Source: Klebsiella pneumoniae
GTDB lineage: Bacteria > Verrucomicrobiota > Verrucomicrobiia > Limisphaerales > SXTU01
Length of the DNA: 64,000 bases
Reading direction: 5' to 3'
Assembly (NCBI GenBank): GCA_943330855.2
Contig: CALQJI020000012.1
Location: 6,397-70,396 of the forward strand
Shown here: in pieces, positions 1 through 8,976 of the stretch
How positions within the stretch are numbered: the first letter of the stretch is position 1
Layout: each line of letters starts with the position of its first letter
Translations under genes and position numbers: made by a program
The notes under the pieces: model-generated
Database searches by the model: none
Told to the model about the DNA's origin: nothing
What the model saw: only the letters and a program-made list of their open reading frames with translations

Positions 1-174
1 TTGCTGTTGGTGGCGATCGAATTGATCGAACATGGCCGGCTCGATTGGCAAGAAGGACGACCAATCCTGCGCCCGGGCTGGCCGATGAATGACCGCCTCA
101 ATCCCACGCTCACAAATCCCCGCTACCTGGACGGCCTCCGGGCATTTCAGCGGCCGGGACTGGAGCTCCTGTGA
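1..174 (+). CDS. 3' end of an unidentified upstream CDS (partial, enters from window edge)
   Basis: Frame 1 is open from nt 1 to TGA at 172-174 (...LDWQEGRPILRPGWPMNDRLNPTLTNPRYLDGLRAFQRPGLELL*). The stop overlaps the GTG start of the next gene (GTGA). No family recognised. Confidence 0.3.
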   Translation: MLLVAIELIEHGRLDWQEGRPILRPGWPMNDRLNPTLTNPRYLDGLRAFQRPGLELL

Positions 175-896
175 AGACCGTTGTCATTTCCCAGCCGATG
201 TTCTTCCCGTGGGTCGGGATGCTCGAGCAAATGCGCCTCGCGGACGCCTACGTGCATTACGACGACGTCCAGTTCTCCAAAGGAAGCTTTACCAATCGCG
301 TGCAGGTCAAAACCGCCCAAGGTCCGCAATGGCTCACTGTGCCATTGCGCGAATTGAAACTGGGCCAGCGCATCCTCGAGGTCAGGCCCGATGACCGGAA
401 GGACTGGCACGCTGCCCACCTTGCGATGCTCCGCCGCGCCTACGCCGACGCCCCGTTCCGCGAAGAGATGCTGGCTCTGGTGGAATCCGTCTATCAGCAA
501 CCAGCCGAGAATATCGGCGAACTGGCCGCGCGCAGCCAATTGGCAGTCCACAGCTACTTTGGCTTCGACCGGCCGTTGGAATTCCACTGGTCTTCCAAGA
601 TGGACATCCCCGGGGAGAGTTCCGCCCGCGTGCTAGCGGTGGTGCGGCATTTGGGAGGCACCAAGTATCTCACTGGCCACGGGGCGCGGCGCTATCTGGA
701 TCACGACTTGTTCGAGCGGCACAGTGTGTGCGTCGAGTATCTGGATTATCGCAAGCTGCCTTACCCGCAAAAGCACGGAGAGTTTACTCCGTTTGTTTCC
801 GCGCTCGACCTGATCGCAAACGAAGGGAAAGCTGGGGCGCGAGTCATCGCCTCGGGCACCATACCGTGGCGTGATTTTTTGAAAACACATGAGTGA
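171..896 (+). CDS. WbqC-family protein (O-antigen/glycan-cluster associated, function unknown)
   Basis: The N-terminus MKTVVISQPMFFPWVGMLEQ and a length of about 240 aa resemble WbqC-like proteins. GTG start. The gene sits beside DegT and methyltransferase genes. Confidence 0.75.
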   Translation: MKTVVISQPMFFPWVGMLEQMRLADAYVHYDDVQFSKGSFTNRVQVKTAQGPQWLTVPLRELKLGQRILEVRPDDRKDWHAAHLAMLRRAYADAPFREEMLALVESVYQQPAENIGELAARSQLAVHSYFGFDRPLEFHWSSKMDIPGESSARVLAVVRHLGGTKYLTGHGARRYLDHDLFERHSVCVEYLDYRKLPYPQKHGEFTPFVSALDLIANEGKAGARVIASGTIPWRDFLKTHE

Positions 897-1626
897 AGTA
901 GCCAAATTTTTTGCCGAAGTCAGCGCCAACATCGCAGGCCTGCGCGCTGATGAAGACCTGCAGGCGCTCTCCCGCATCTGGCTCCGGGAGATCACCCGCC
1001 ACAAGTATGCCTACAACTTCACTTGGATGGGACGCCCCATCATTCAATTCCCGCAGGACATGGTGGCCATGCAGGAAATCATCTGGAGTATCCGGCCGCG
1101 ACGGATCGTTGAAACGGGCGTCGCGCACGGCGGCTCATTGATCTATTACGCATCCCTCTTGGAACTGCTCGGCGGGGACGGGCTCGTTGTGGGAGTGGAC
1201 ATTGACATCCGCCCTCACAATCGGGTCGAGATCGAGAACCACCCCATGTCCCGGCGCATCCGTCTGGTGCAAGGTTCCTCCGTCGAAGCCGACACCGCCG
1301 AGCAAGTCCGCGCGCTCGTGGATGGCCAAGGCCCGGTCCTCGTGGTGTTGGACTCAAACCACACGCACTCCCACGTATTGCGCGAACTCCAACTTTACTC
1401 CCCCTTGGTCCGTCGCGGCAGCTACCTCGTGGTTTTTGACACGCTGGTAGAGGACATGCCCGACGATCTGATAGTCAACCGCCCATGGAAAAAAGGCGAT
1501 AACCCGAAGACCGCCGTCCGGGAGTTTTTGAAGACCAATTCCCGCTTCGCCGTGGACAAAGATCTGGAAAGCAAACTTCTCATCACCGTCGCACCCGGCG
1601 GCTACCTTCGTTGCATCGCGGACTGA
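889..1626 (+). CDS. CmcI/cephalosporin-hydroxylase-family class I methyltransferase (sugar O-methyltransferase-like)
   Basis: The segment ...KYAYNFTWMGRPIIQFPQDMVAMQEIIW...ETGVAHGGSLIYYA is typical of the CmcI family. ATG at 889 overlaps the upstream gene end by 8 nt. Confidence 0.75.
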   Translation: MSEVAKFFAEVSANIAGLRADEDLQALSRIWLREITRHKYAYNFTWMGRPIIQFPQDMVAMQEIIWSIRPRRIVETGVAHGGSLIYYASLLELLGGDGLVVGVDIDIRPHNRVEIENHPMSRRIRLVQGSSVEADTAEQVRALVDGQGPVLVVLDSNHTHSHVLRELQLYSPLVRRGSYLVVFDTLVEDMPDDLIVNRPWKKGDNPKTAVREFLKTNSRFAVDKDLESKLLITVAPGGYLRCIAD

Positions 1627-1628
1627 AC

Positions 1629-2765
1629 ATGGAACGCATCCCCGTCTCCGGCCCCTCGATCACCGCGAAGGAGATCGCCTACGTTACCGACGCGGTGACG
1701 AATGCGTGGTATGGCAACGCCAACGTGTGGCACGAACGCTTCGAGTGCATCTTCGCCGAATACGTTGGTGTGAAGCACGCCATCGCCCTGCCCCACTGCA
1801 CTGCGGCCATTCACCTCTCGCTCCTCGCGCTCAAGGTTGGTCCCGGCGATGAAGTCATCGTCCCCGATTGCACATGGATCGCCTCCGCAGCCCCCATCAC
1901 GTATGTGGGCGCGACCACGATCTTCGCCGACATTGACCCGCGCACGTGGTGTCTGGACGCAAGGTCGTTCGAGACGTGCATCACCCCACGCACGAAGGCC
2001 GTCATCCCCGTGAATCTCTACGGCAATATGCCCGACTGGGACGCTATCAGCGCCGTAGCCGCGCAGCACAACATCCCAATCATTGAAGACGCGGCGGAAT
2101 CCATCGGCTCCGAGTTCAATGGCGGGCGAGCGGGCAGCTTCGGCCTGACCGGCGTGTTCAGTTTCCACGGTTCCAAAACCCTCACAACCGGCGAGGGTGG
2201 AATGCTCGTGACCGATGACGATGCGATTCGTGCCCGCGCCCTGTTCCTGCGCGACCACGGCCGGCCGCCGGGCGACCGGCTCTTCCACAACACCGAAGTC
2301 GCCTACAAATACAAGATGAGCTCCATGCAAGCAGCGCTGGGCACTGCCCAAATGGAGCGCGTGGAAGAACTCATCTCCCGGAAGCGTGAGATCTTCGCTT
2401 GGTATGCCGAGGAGCTCGCAGGCATACCCGGCCTCACGCTCAACCACGAAGCTCCCGGCACGAAGAATACCTACTGGATGGTCACGGCAGTTCTGGACGA
2501 ACGGTTTGGTTTGAAGAAGGAGCACCTGATGGAACGGTTCTCCGCGGAGGGCATTGACTGCCGCCCGTTTTTCCACCCGTTGAGCAGCCTGCCCGCCTAC
2601 GCGCAGCAGCCGCAAGCCGCCGCCGCTCGGGCACGGAACCACATCAGCTACGCATTGAGCCCGCGCGCCATCAATCTCCCGTCGGCTTTGAACCTCACCC
2701 GCGAGCAAGTCGCACGCGTCTGCCAGACCTTCAAACGCGTATTGGCCCACTCCTGTCCGCAGTGA
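1629..2765 (+). CDS. DegT/DnrJ/EryC1/StrS-family PLP-dependent sugar aminotransferase
   Basis: Matches to the family include MERIPVSGPSITAKEIAYV..., FSFHGSKTLTTGEGGML (PLP lysine region) and a length of about 378 aa. I chose the ATG at 1629 over the longer track start at 1611. Confidence 0.9.
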   Translation: MERIPVSGPSITAKEIAYVTDAVTNAWYGNANVWHERFECIFAEYVGVKHAIALPHCTAAIHLSLLALKVGPGDEVIVPDCTWIASAAPITYVGATTIFADIDPRTWCLDARSFETCITPRTKAVIPVNLYGNMPDWDAISAVAAQHNIPIIEDAAESIGSEFNGGRAGSFGLTGVFSFHGSKTLTTGEGGMLVTDDDAIRARALFLRDHGRPPGDRLFHNTEVAYKYKMSSMQAALGTAQMERVEELISRKREIFAWYAEELAGIPGLTLNHEAPGTKNTYWMVTAVLDERFGLKKEHLMERFSAEGIDCRPFFHPLSSLPAYAQQPQAAAARARNHISYALSPRAINLPSALNLTREQVARVCQTFKRVLAHSCPQ

Positions 2766-3973
2766 GATTCCCGCTCTTCAGCATCGTCGTGCCGACGAAG
2801 GGCCGCAGCTTCATCGTGGGCCACGCTATCCGCAGTGTGCTGGCCCAGACCTGCCCGGACTTTGAACTCATCGTCGCCGACAACGATGATGGCGACGCCA
2901 CCCGGCAAGCCGTCGCCGCCTTTACCGACGCCCGTCTGCGCTATGTCCGCACCGGCGGCTTGAACATGCAGGACAACTGGGAACGCGCCTCAGCCGAAGC
3001 AAAGGGCGAATACCTGCTCGTCCTCGAAGACAAGCAGATGCTCAAGTCCACCGCCCTCGCGCAACTCTCCGCCCACATCGAACGCTTCAAGCCCGAAGTG
3101 CTGCGCTGGACAAGCGATAGCTTCGACGATGAATCCCAACCGCCCCGCATCCGGCGGGGGAAAGGCGATGGCTCCGTCACGATGGTAAGTTCCGACAAAC
3201 TGCTCGCGGGCTTCCTCGGGGACTTGCACCAAAGCTACAAAAACACCCTACCCCTGCCCCAACTCGCCTGCCTCCGCCGCTCTATCCTCGACCGGATCCA
3301 AGCCGGCCCCATGCGCCGGCTCTTCCACCCGGTCTCGCCAGATGTCGTGCTGGGGCTCCTACTGCTCAACGAGACGGATGCCGTGTGCGTCATCAAAAGC
3401 CCGCTCGTCCTGTTCGTCTCCAGCCAACACAGCAACGGCCGGAGCTTTTCGCTCAAAAAAGAATCCGGTCGGCAGTTTCTCCGCCTGCTTCCCGGTGGCG
3501 AAGGCGACACCTACGACCATGTTCCCATCAAGTGTATCAACGTGCCGGGCTGTATCTTTAACGACTTCCTGCGCCTCCGCGCCAAAGTCGGCGGACGCCT
3601 CCAACGGCACGAGCTCAATTGGACCAAATACTTCGTCGAATGCTACGAATGGATGCTCGCGCCAATGGCCTTCGGCGTGGACATGAGCCCCGAACTAAAG
3701 GAATGGAAACGCGCGCTCGAGGACCAACCTGATTCTGTCCAAGCAGTCATCCGTGCCACCATCCAAGCCCGGTGCCCCACCGTTCCATCCGCCTTCAGTC
3801 GCGCACGCCGGAAGCTCGCGCAGTCACTAGGTCTGCCCCGGCTGACCCGCACGGCCAAGCATCTCATTCGCGGCCGCCTCAAGCGTGATCCCGAGTGGCG
3901 CTTCACCGACCCCATCGCTTACTACGAATGGGAGTGCGAGCAAGCCCGCGCCAGTAAGCCCGGCTGCACGTAG
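2762..3973 (+). CDS. Family 2 glycosyltransferase
   Basis: FSIVVPTKGR ... ELIVADNDDGD (DxD) marks an N-terminal GT-A domain. The GTG start overlaps the upstream stop (GTGA). Confidence 0.8.
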   Translation: MRFPLFSIVVPTKGRSFIVGHAIRSVLAQTCPDFELIVADNDDGDATRQAVAAFTDARLRYVRTGGLNMQDNWERASAEAKGEYLLVLEDKQMLKSTALAQLSAHIERFKPEVLRWTSDSFDDESQPPRIRRGKGDGSVTMVSSDKLLAGFLGDLHQSYKNTLPLPQLACLRRSILDRIQAGPMRRLFHPVSPDVVLGLLLLNETDAVCVIKSPLVLFVSSQHSNGRSFSLKKESGRQFLRLLPGGEGDTYDHVPIKCINVPGCIFNDFLRLRAKVGGRLQRHELNWTKYFVECYEWMLAPMAFGVDMSPELKEWKRALEDQPDSVQAVIRATIQARCPTVPSAFSRARRKLAQSLGLPRLTRTAKHLIRGRLKRDPEWRFTDPIAYYEWECEQARASKPGCT

Positions 3974-4674
3974 AGCGCGTTGGTGTAAACCAAGTTTCCA
4001 TCCGGGCCTTTGCGGAACTCGTGGAAGGAGCGGAGTTTGAAACCCAGCGGCGTCAGGAGATTGTGCAGTTCCGGGAAGAGCGCCGCCCCGCGATAACATT
4101 CCTCGAACCAGACCTCGACGAAGAGCTGCCGCACCTGCGTCAGCGCGCGCTGGCCGCCAGCGATCAGCAGCCGCTCCGCGCCTTGGATGTCCACCTTCAT
4201 CAGGTCAATGACCGGCAACTTGTGTTGCTGAAACAAATCATCCAGCGAAACCGCCGGCACACGAACGATCCGTGCTTCGCTCATGGATTTGTTGAAAATT
4301 CCCTCGGTCTGCGCGGCGATGGGCACCAACGAACTGGAAGGTCGGTGCTCGTTCACCCGGAACTCCACTGTGCCAGAACGGTCCGTCACCGCCGCTGGGA
4401 TGACGTGGCAGCGAGGCTCGGCGGCGAATTTATTTTGCAACGCGGCCGCTTGGTCAGGATCGGCCTCTACCAGCCAGACGTGCTGCGGCGTAAAGTAGGC
4501 GAGCAGGCTATCCGTGAACTCGCCTTCGTAGGCACCCACATCCAGAAACGTTTCGTAAGGACAGGCCGGGAACGACCGGAACAACCGGTGCGCGCGGCGC
4601 AGCCGGGCTTGGAAAGGCAGCGCGAGTCGCTTGTGCAGCGGCCATTGTGAGAGCGGTGTGGCGTGGGTCTTCAT
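3922..4674 (-). CDS. FkbM-family methyltransferase
   Basis: FLDVGAYEGEFT ... VIDLMKVDIQGAE are FkbM-type motifs. I used the ATG at 4672-4674 (MKTHATPL) rather than the long track start. Confidence 0.75.
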   Translation of the reverse strand: MKTHATPLSQWPLHKRLALPFQARLRRAHRLFRSFPACPYETFLDVGAYEGEFTDSLLAYFTPQHVWLVEADPDQAAALQNKFAAEPRCHVIPAAVTDRSGTVEFRVNEHRPSSSLVPIAAQTEGIFNKSMSEARIVRVPAVSLDDLFQQHKLPVIDLMKVDIQGAERLLIAGGQRALTQVRQLFVEVWFEECYRGAALFPELHNLLTPLGFKLRSFHEFRKGPDGNLVYTNALYVQPGLLARACSHSHS

Positions 4675-4724
4675 CGTATTCGGAACTCCCCTCAGAGAGC
4701 CACAAGCGACCCGTCGGCGCAATG

Positions 4725-5636
4725 CTAGGCAGGGCGTTGAAACCAAAGTCGAGTGCCGGTGCCGTGTGCGTATTTCCACGCAAGCCGCGCCGTCCGGCTC
4801 CACTGGCGCGGTTGGTCCCACAGCATCCCCGCGCCCACGGCGGTCCAGAACGGCGGCCGGAAAACTCGCAGGCCCGCGCGTTCCCCCAGCGCCCGGAGGC
4901 TCGCGGTGTTGAACAAGTTCACATGAATTGTCGGGCACAACGCGTCCCAATCGCGGTCGGTGAGCTGTGCGAGCAACGCGGGTTGCTGGTCGGCTCGGGC
5001 GAGGCGCTCGGCGAGTGTCCGATGGCCGGGCACGCCCACCAACAACAGGCCGCCGGGTTTCAACGCCGCTGCGAGCCGACGCAACATCGGGGCCGGCTCG
5101 CTGACGTGTTCGAGCACTTGATCCACGAGCACGAAGTCAAAGCTCGCCGGAGCCAGCGCCGCCTCCTCCAGCACGGTGATCCCGTGGCGTTGCGCGTGCG
5201 CACGGGTGGTGGTGGACACTTCCACGCCCGAGACGTCGCAGCCAAACGCTTGCGCCAACAACGCGAAGCGGCCCCAGCCCATTCCGTAATCGAGCACTTG
5301 CGGACGCGGCGCCGGGAGCAACCTCCGCATCAGCAGGGCATCTTGGGCGAGGTGGACGAGGGCGGGCAGCGAGAGGTCGGTGGGCAACCGCGATGCGGCG
5401 TCGTTACAGCCATACAACTGCGGGAGCTGGGCTTCCTCCAACACCCAGGCTTGAAACAAACCGCCGCACCGGGCGCACGCGTGGACTTGGAACGGGATAT
5501 CGGCAAACCACTCCTTCGGCAGCCCGAAGCCGATGCGTTTCAGAAATGCCTGGAGGTCCGGCTGCGTGTAAGGGATGGACAGCAACGGCGGGGCTGCCGG
5601 GGCTTCGCAGACAGAACATCGCTCGCGTCGGTGCAT
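4725..5636 (-). CDS. Class I SAM-dependent methyltransferase with N-terminal Cys4 zinc-ribbon
   Basis: CSVCE...CARCG forms the zinc ribbon. VLDYGMGWGRF is SAM motif I, and LKPGGLLLV follows. I used the ATG at 5634-5636 (MHRRERC). Confidence 0.75.
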   Translation of the reverse strand: MHRRERCSVCEAPAAPPLLSIPYTQPDLQAFLKRIGFGLPKEWFADIPFQVHACARCGGLFQAWVLEEAQLPQLYGCNDAASRLPTDLSLPALVHLAQDALLMRRLLPAPRPQVLDYGMGWGRFALLAQAFGCDVSGVEVSTTTRAHAQRHGITVLEEAALAPASFDFVLVDQVLEHVSEPAPMLRRLAAALKPGGLLLVGVPGHRTLAERLARADQQPALLAQLTDRDWDALCPTIHVNLFNTASLRALGERAGLRVFRPPFWTAVGAGMLWDQPRQWSRTARLAWKYAHGTGTRLWFQRPA

Positions 5637-5644
5637 GATGAAAT

Positions 5645-6628
5645 TTACGTGGACGGGGAGATTCCAGCCAACAGCCGGTGGAGCACGGACGCCTGCCGGG
5701 ACAGTTCGTAACGCGCCTCGAACAGCGCGCGTCCCGCTTGGCCGCGCGCCCGGCGCAGCGCGGCATCGGTCACCAGCGCCGTGAGTTCGCCAGCCCATTC
5801 CCCCGGCGAAGTGGCGAAGCGGGCCGCGTCGCTGCCTTGGAAAAGTTCGCGCGTGGCCGCCAGTGGCGTCGCCACCACCGGGATGCCGCACGCCAAGTAT
5901 TGGAGCCCTTTGATGGGCGACTTGCCGGCTGCGAAAGGCGTCGACTCCAGTGGCAGCAAGCCCACATCAAACGACGCCACGGCCGTCGGCTCACCGCCCG
6001 GTTGCCACGGGATGTGCTCGAACGGGAGGCGCGTGAAGCGGGGCCGCTCGCCGCACAGCACGACGAGCCGCGCCTGTGGTTGTTGCGCCAACACGGTGAG
6101 CAACGCCGGCTCGATTGCCTCCAGATAACGCAGGTTGCCCGGCGCACCGGACCAGCCGAGGCGGACGGTGGCGTCCTCCGCCCGGAGGCGCGGTCGCCAC
6201 GTCGCCGTGTCCAGCGCCATGGGAAAGACCGTGAGCTGCCTGGCCCACGGACGCAGATGCGCGGCGAGCACCTCGTTGGCAGGCAAGCATAAATCCGCCG
6301 CCGCCACGATGCGCCGCAGGCGGAAGTTCGTGCGCAGGCGGGTGAACCAATAATGCGCCCGCCGCTGCGGCTGCCAGATGGCGTCATCAATGTCGAAGAC
6401 CAGCCGCCGTGCCCGCCGCCGGACCGCGCGGACCCGTGCGCCGGAGAGTAGTTTTTTCTGCACGATCACCCCGTCGTAGTCGCCGAGCTCATCCCAGCGC
6501 GTGAATGTGTCGGCGGCCACGGCCTCCACTTCCATCCCGAGCGCCTGAAGCGCCGGACGAAAGGCGTGGATGCGGAACCACGCGCTCGCGCAGTGTTCGT
6601 CGCCAAAATTGAGACTCAGATAACGCAT
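5645..6628 (-). CDS. Glycosyltransferase (GT-B fold, GT1/GT4-like)
   Basis: The C-terminal half ...SPIKGLQYLACGIPVVATPLAATRELF resembles the GT-B nucleotide-sugar binding region. The ATG at 6626-6628 overlaps the stop of the upstream GT9 gene. Confidence 0.6.
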   Translation of the reverse strand: MRYLSLNFGDEHCASAWFRIHAFRPALQALGMEVEAVAADTFTRWDELGDYDGVIVQKKLLSGARVRAVRRRARRLVFDIDDAIWQPQRRAHYWFTRLRTNFRLRRIVAAADLCLPANEVLAAHLRPWARQLTVFPMALDTATWRPRLRAEDATVRLGWSGAPGNLRYLEAIEPALLTVLAQQPQARLVVLCGERPRFTRLPFEHIPWQPGGEPTAVASFDVGLLPLESTPFAAGKSPIKGLQYLACGIPVVATPLAATRELFQGSDAARFATSPGEWAGELTALVTDAALRRARGQAGRALFEARYELSRQASVLHRLLAGISPST

Positions 6629-7740
6629 CACTTCGTTCGGGTTGCGGGCGCATTGAGCAACTCTTCACACGCGGCCTGCACGTCAGCCACGGCCACGGCT
6701 TGCGTAGACAACTCCGCGACCCGCGTCAGGTAATCCGGTTCCTGCTGGGCCGCGCGCGCGCCCTCCGCCAGCACCACCCGGTGGGCCACCTGCCACGGCC
6801 GCCAGAAATGCACCACCGAGGGACCGAAGAGCGCCACCGTGGGACACTGGCACGCGGCGGCCAGATGCATCGCCGCCGTGTCCACGCCCACGAAGAGCCG
6901 CGCGCGTCCCAGCAAGCCGGCGAGTTGCGCCCACGAGGCTTGCCCGTCCGTGTTCAACACGGTGGGGCCGAGCGCGGCTTGCAACTGGCGGGCGGTCTCC
7001 CGCTCCTCCGCATCGGGGCCGCTGCTGATCACGAGCGCCAGGTTCCGCGACTGGAGCAGTCGGCCCAGCGAAACCCAGTTTTCCAATGGCCATTGTTTTC
7101 GCAGCCACCGAGTGCCGGGATGCAGGATCGCGAACTCGCGCACTGCAGCGGCGGGCGGCCATTCCACTCTCCGTTCCTGGCGGAAGGCCAGCGGCGGCAA
7201 GGGTAGCGACAGGGGAAGCACTTCAGTCACTAGCGCGAAGTCCTTCTCCACCCGGTGTCCGCGCAGCCAATCAGTGTCGGAAAATCGGGTGATGGACCGG
7301 CGTGCGATCCAATTGAGCCGCGTGTAGCAGCGCGTGGCAACCCGTTGAATGGCACCACTCCCCCAAGCCAGCCAGCGCCCCCGATCGCTGTCGCTTAACT
7401 CAAACGCAAAATCGAAACGTTGCTGCCGCAACTCGCGCACGAGCCGCAGGTCATCGAGGAGAGCAGAGATCCGCCGTCCCTTCGCTTCCGCAGAGGCGGT
7501 GGTGACGACGCGATCGATCGCTGGGCAGCCCGCTAAGATGGATTCCGTGCCCCGCCTCACCAGCACCCAGATGACGGCTTCGGGATAGCCCGCCTTGACG
7601 GCCATCAGTGTGGGCGTGAGCAACAGCGCATCACCGATGTGTTTGGGTTTCAGGAACAGCAGTCGCACGACAGGGACTGCTTGTAATCGCCTACCACCAG
7701 GTTGACGAATCCAAAATTGCCCCGCACTGGCAGGCTTCAC
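6628..7740 (-). CDS. Family 9 glycosyltransferase (LPS heptosyltransferase-like)
   Basis: LLFLKPKHIGDALLLTP ... FVGVDTAAMHLAAACQCPTVALFGPS are typical GT9 motifs. The track start at 7740 is GTG. An alternative GTG at 7668 (VRLLFLKP) would fit the family better. Confidence 0.8.
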   Translation of the reverse strand: MKPASAGQFWIRQPGGRRLQAVPVVRLLFLKPKHIGDALLLTPTLMAVKAGYPEAVIWVLVRRGTESILAGCPAIDRVVTTASAEAKGRRISALLDDLRLVRELRQQRFDFAFELSDSDRGRWLAWGSGAIQRVATRCYTRLNWIARRSITRFSDTDWLRGHRVEKDFALVTEVLPLSLPLPPLAFRQERRVEWPPAAAVREFAILHPGTRWLRKQWPLENWVSLGRLLQSRNLALVISSGPDAEERETARQLQAALGPTVLNTDGQASWAQLAGLLGRARLFVGVDTAAMHLAAACQCPTVALFGPSVVHFWRPWQVAHRVVLAEGARAAQQEPDYLTRVAELSTQAVAVADVQAACEELLNAPATRTK

Positions 7741-7797
7741 GCCCGGTTCATTTCATCCGCTCGCAACGCGAAACGCATTTGCCTAGTCTCGGGTCGC

Positions 7798-8907
7798 ATG
7801 GCTGGCGCATCCCATCAACCTTGGCGCATCGTCCACTCCGAGGCCTCGTTGGGCTGGGGCGGGCAGGAGCGGCGTGTCATGGCGGAGCTGCTGGGCTTCC
7901 GCGCGCGCGGACACACGGTGGGCTTGCTGGCACCGGCGCAGGCCACGATCTTTTCAGAAGCGGCGCGGCATGGGCTGGCGCGGGCGACGGTGGCGGAGAA
8001 GCGGTGGGCCTTTCCCTTCGAGGTGGTGCGGACCGCGCGCTGGTTGCGGGCTTTCCGCGCGGATGTGGTCAACACCCACAGCTCGCGGGATGGCTGGATC
8101 GTCGGACTGGCCGCGCGATTGGCGCGCACGCCGCTGGTCATCCGCTCGCGACACTTTGATGTGCCGGTGGCGAACCCCGCGTTGAGCCGGCACGTTTACG
8201 CGACGCTCGCGGACCATCTCATCACTACAAGTCCCAAGGTCGCGGCGGACTTCCGCGCGCTGTTTCACTTGTCCGCAGACCGCGTGAGCGCCATTCCGAC
8301 CGGCGTGGATGTGGAGAAGTTTTCTCCCGAGGGGGCGAAGGCTGCGTTTGAATTCACAGCGGAGGCGGGCGGACCGCTGGTGGGCATCATCGGAGTGATC
8401 CGTCACGCCAAGGGGCACACGGTGCTCTTCGAGGCGATGAAGCAACTGGCCGACCAAGGGTTCCCCGTGCGCTGTGTGGTGGTGGGCGACAGTCCGAACC
8501 GCGCGGCGCTGGAGCGGCGCGTGGTCGAACTGGGTTTGTCCAAGTGCGTGCTGTTCGCCGGGCAGCGGGACGATGTGCCAGCCATCCTGCGCGCGCTCGA
8601 TGTGCTGGCAATTCCCTCGTTGCACGAGGCCATTCCGCAGGTGGGCTTGCAGGCTTTGGCAACGAAGACGCCGGTGGTCGCCAGCAACGTGGGCGGCATT
8701 CCGTCCATCATCCGCCCGGGCGAGACCGGGCGGCTGTGCGCTCCGGACGATGCCGCCAGCCTAGCTGCCGCGCTCCGCGAGGCTCTGAGCGACAAGGCCA
8801 CGACTCAAGCCATGTGCGAACGAGGCCGCGTGCTGCTGGAGCGCGAGCACACTGTGGAGATGATGCTGGACCGGTTGGAGGAGATTTACCGCCGCCATCT
8901 GCTCTGA
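7798..8907 (+). CDS. Family 4 (GT-B) glycosyltransferase
   Basis: WRIVHSEASLGWGGQERRV ... SLHEAIPQVGLQALATKTPVVASNVGGIPSII are GT4 hallmarks. I used the ATG at 7798. Confidence 0.85.
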   Translation: MAGASHQPWRIVHSEASLGWGGQERRVMAELLGFRARGHTVGLLAPAQATIFSEAARHGLARATVAEKRWAFPFEVVRTARWLRAFRADVVNTHSSRDGWIVGLAARLARTPLVIRSRHFDVPVANPALSRHVYATLADHLITTSPKVAADFRALFHLSADRVSAIPTGVDVEKFSPEGAKAAFEFTAEAGGPLVGIIGVIRHAKGHTVLFEAMKQLADQGFPVRCVVVGDSPNRAALERRVVELGLSKCVLFAGQRDDVPAILRALDVLAIPSLHEAIPQVGLQALATKTPVVASNVGGIPSIIRPGETGRLCAPDDAASLAAALREALSDKATTQAMCERGRVLLEREHTVEMMLDRLEEIYRRHLL

Positions 8908-8923
8908 TGGCGGCGGTAGATCT

Positions 8924-8950
8924 GGAGCGCGGGGGCGTTCCCCGCGCTCC
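8924..8950. terminator. GC hairpin between convergent genes (11-bp stem, 5-nt loop)
   Basis: GGAGCGCGGGG-gcgtt-CCCCGCGCTCC is a perfect inverted repeat. It lies between the GT4 stop (8907) and the rng stop (8977). No T-tract follows. Confidence 0.45.
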
Positions 8951-8976
8951 TCCCGGTGGGGCCGGGTAACTCTGGC

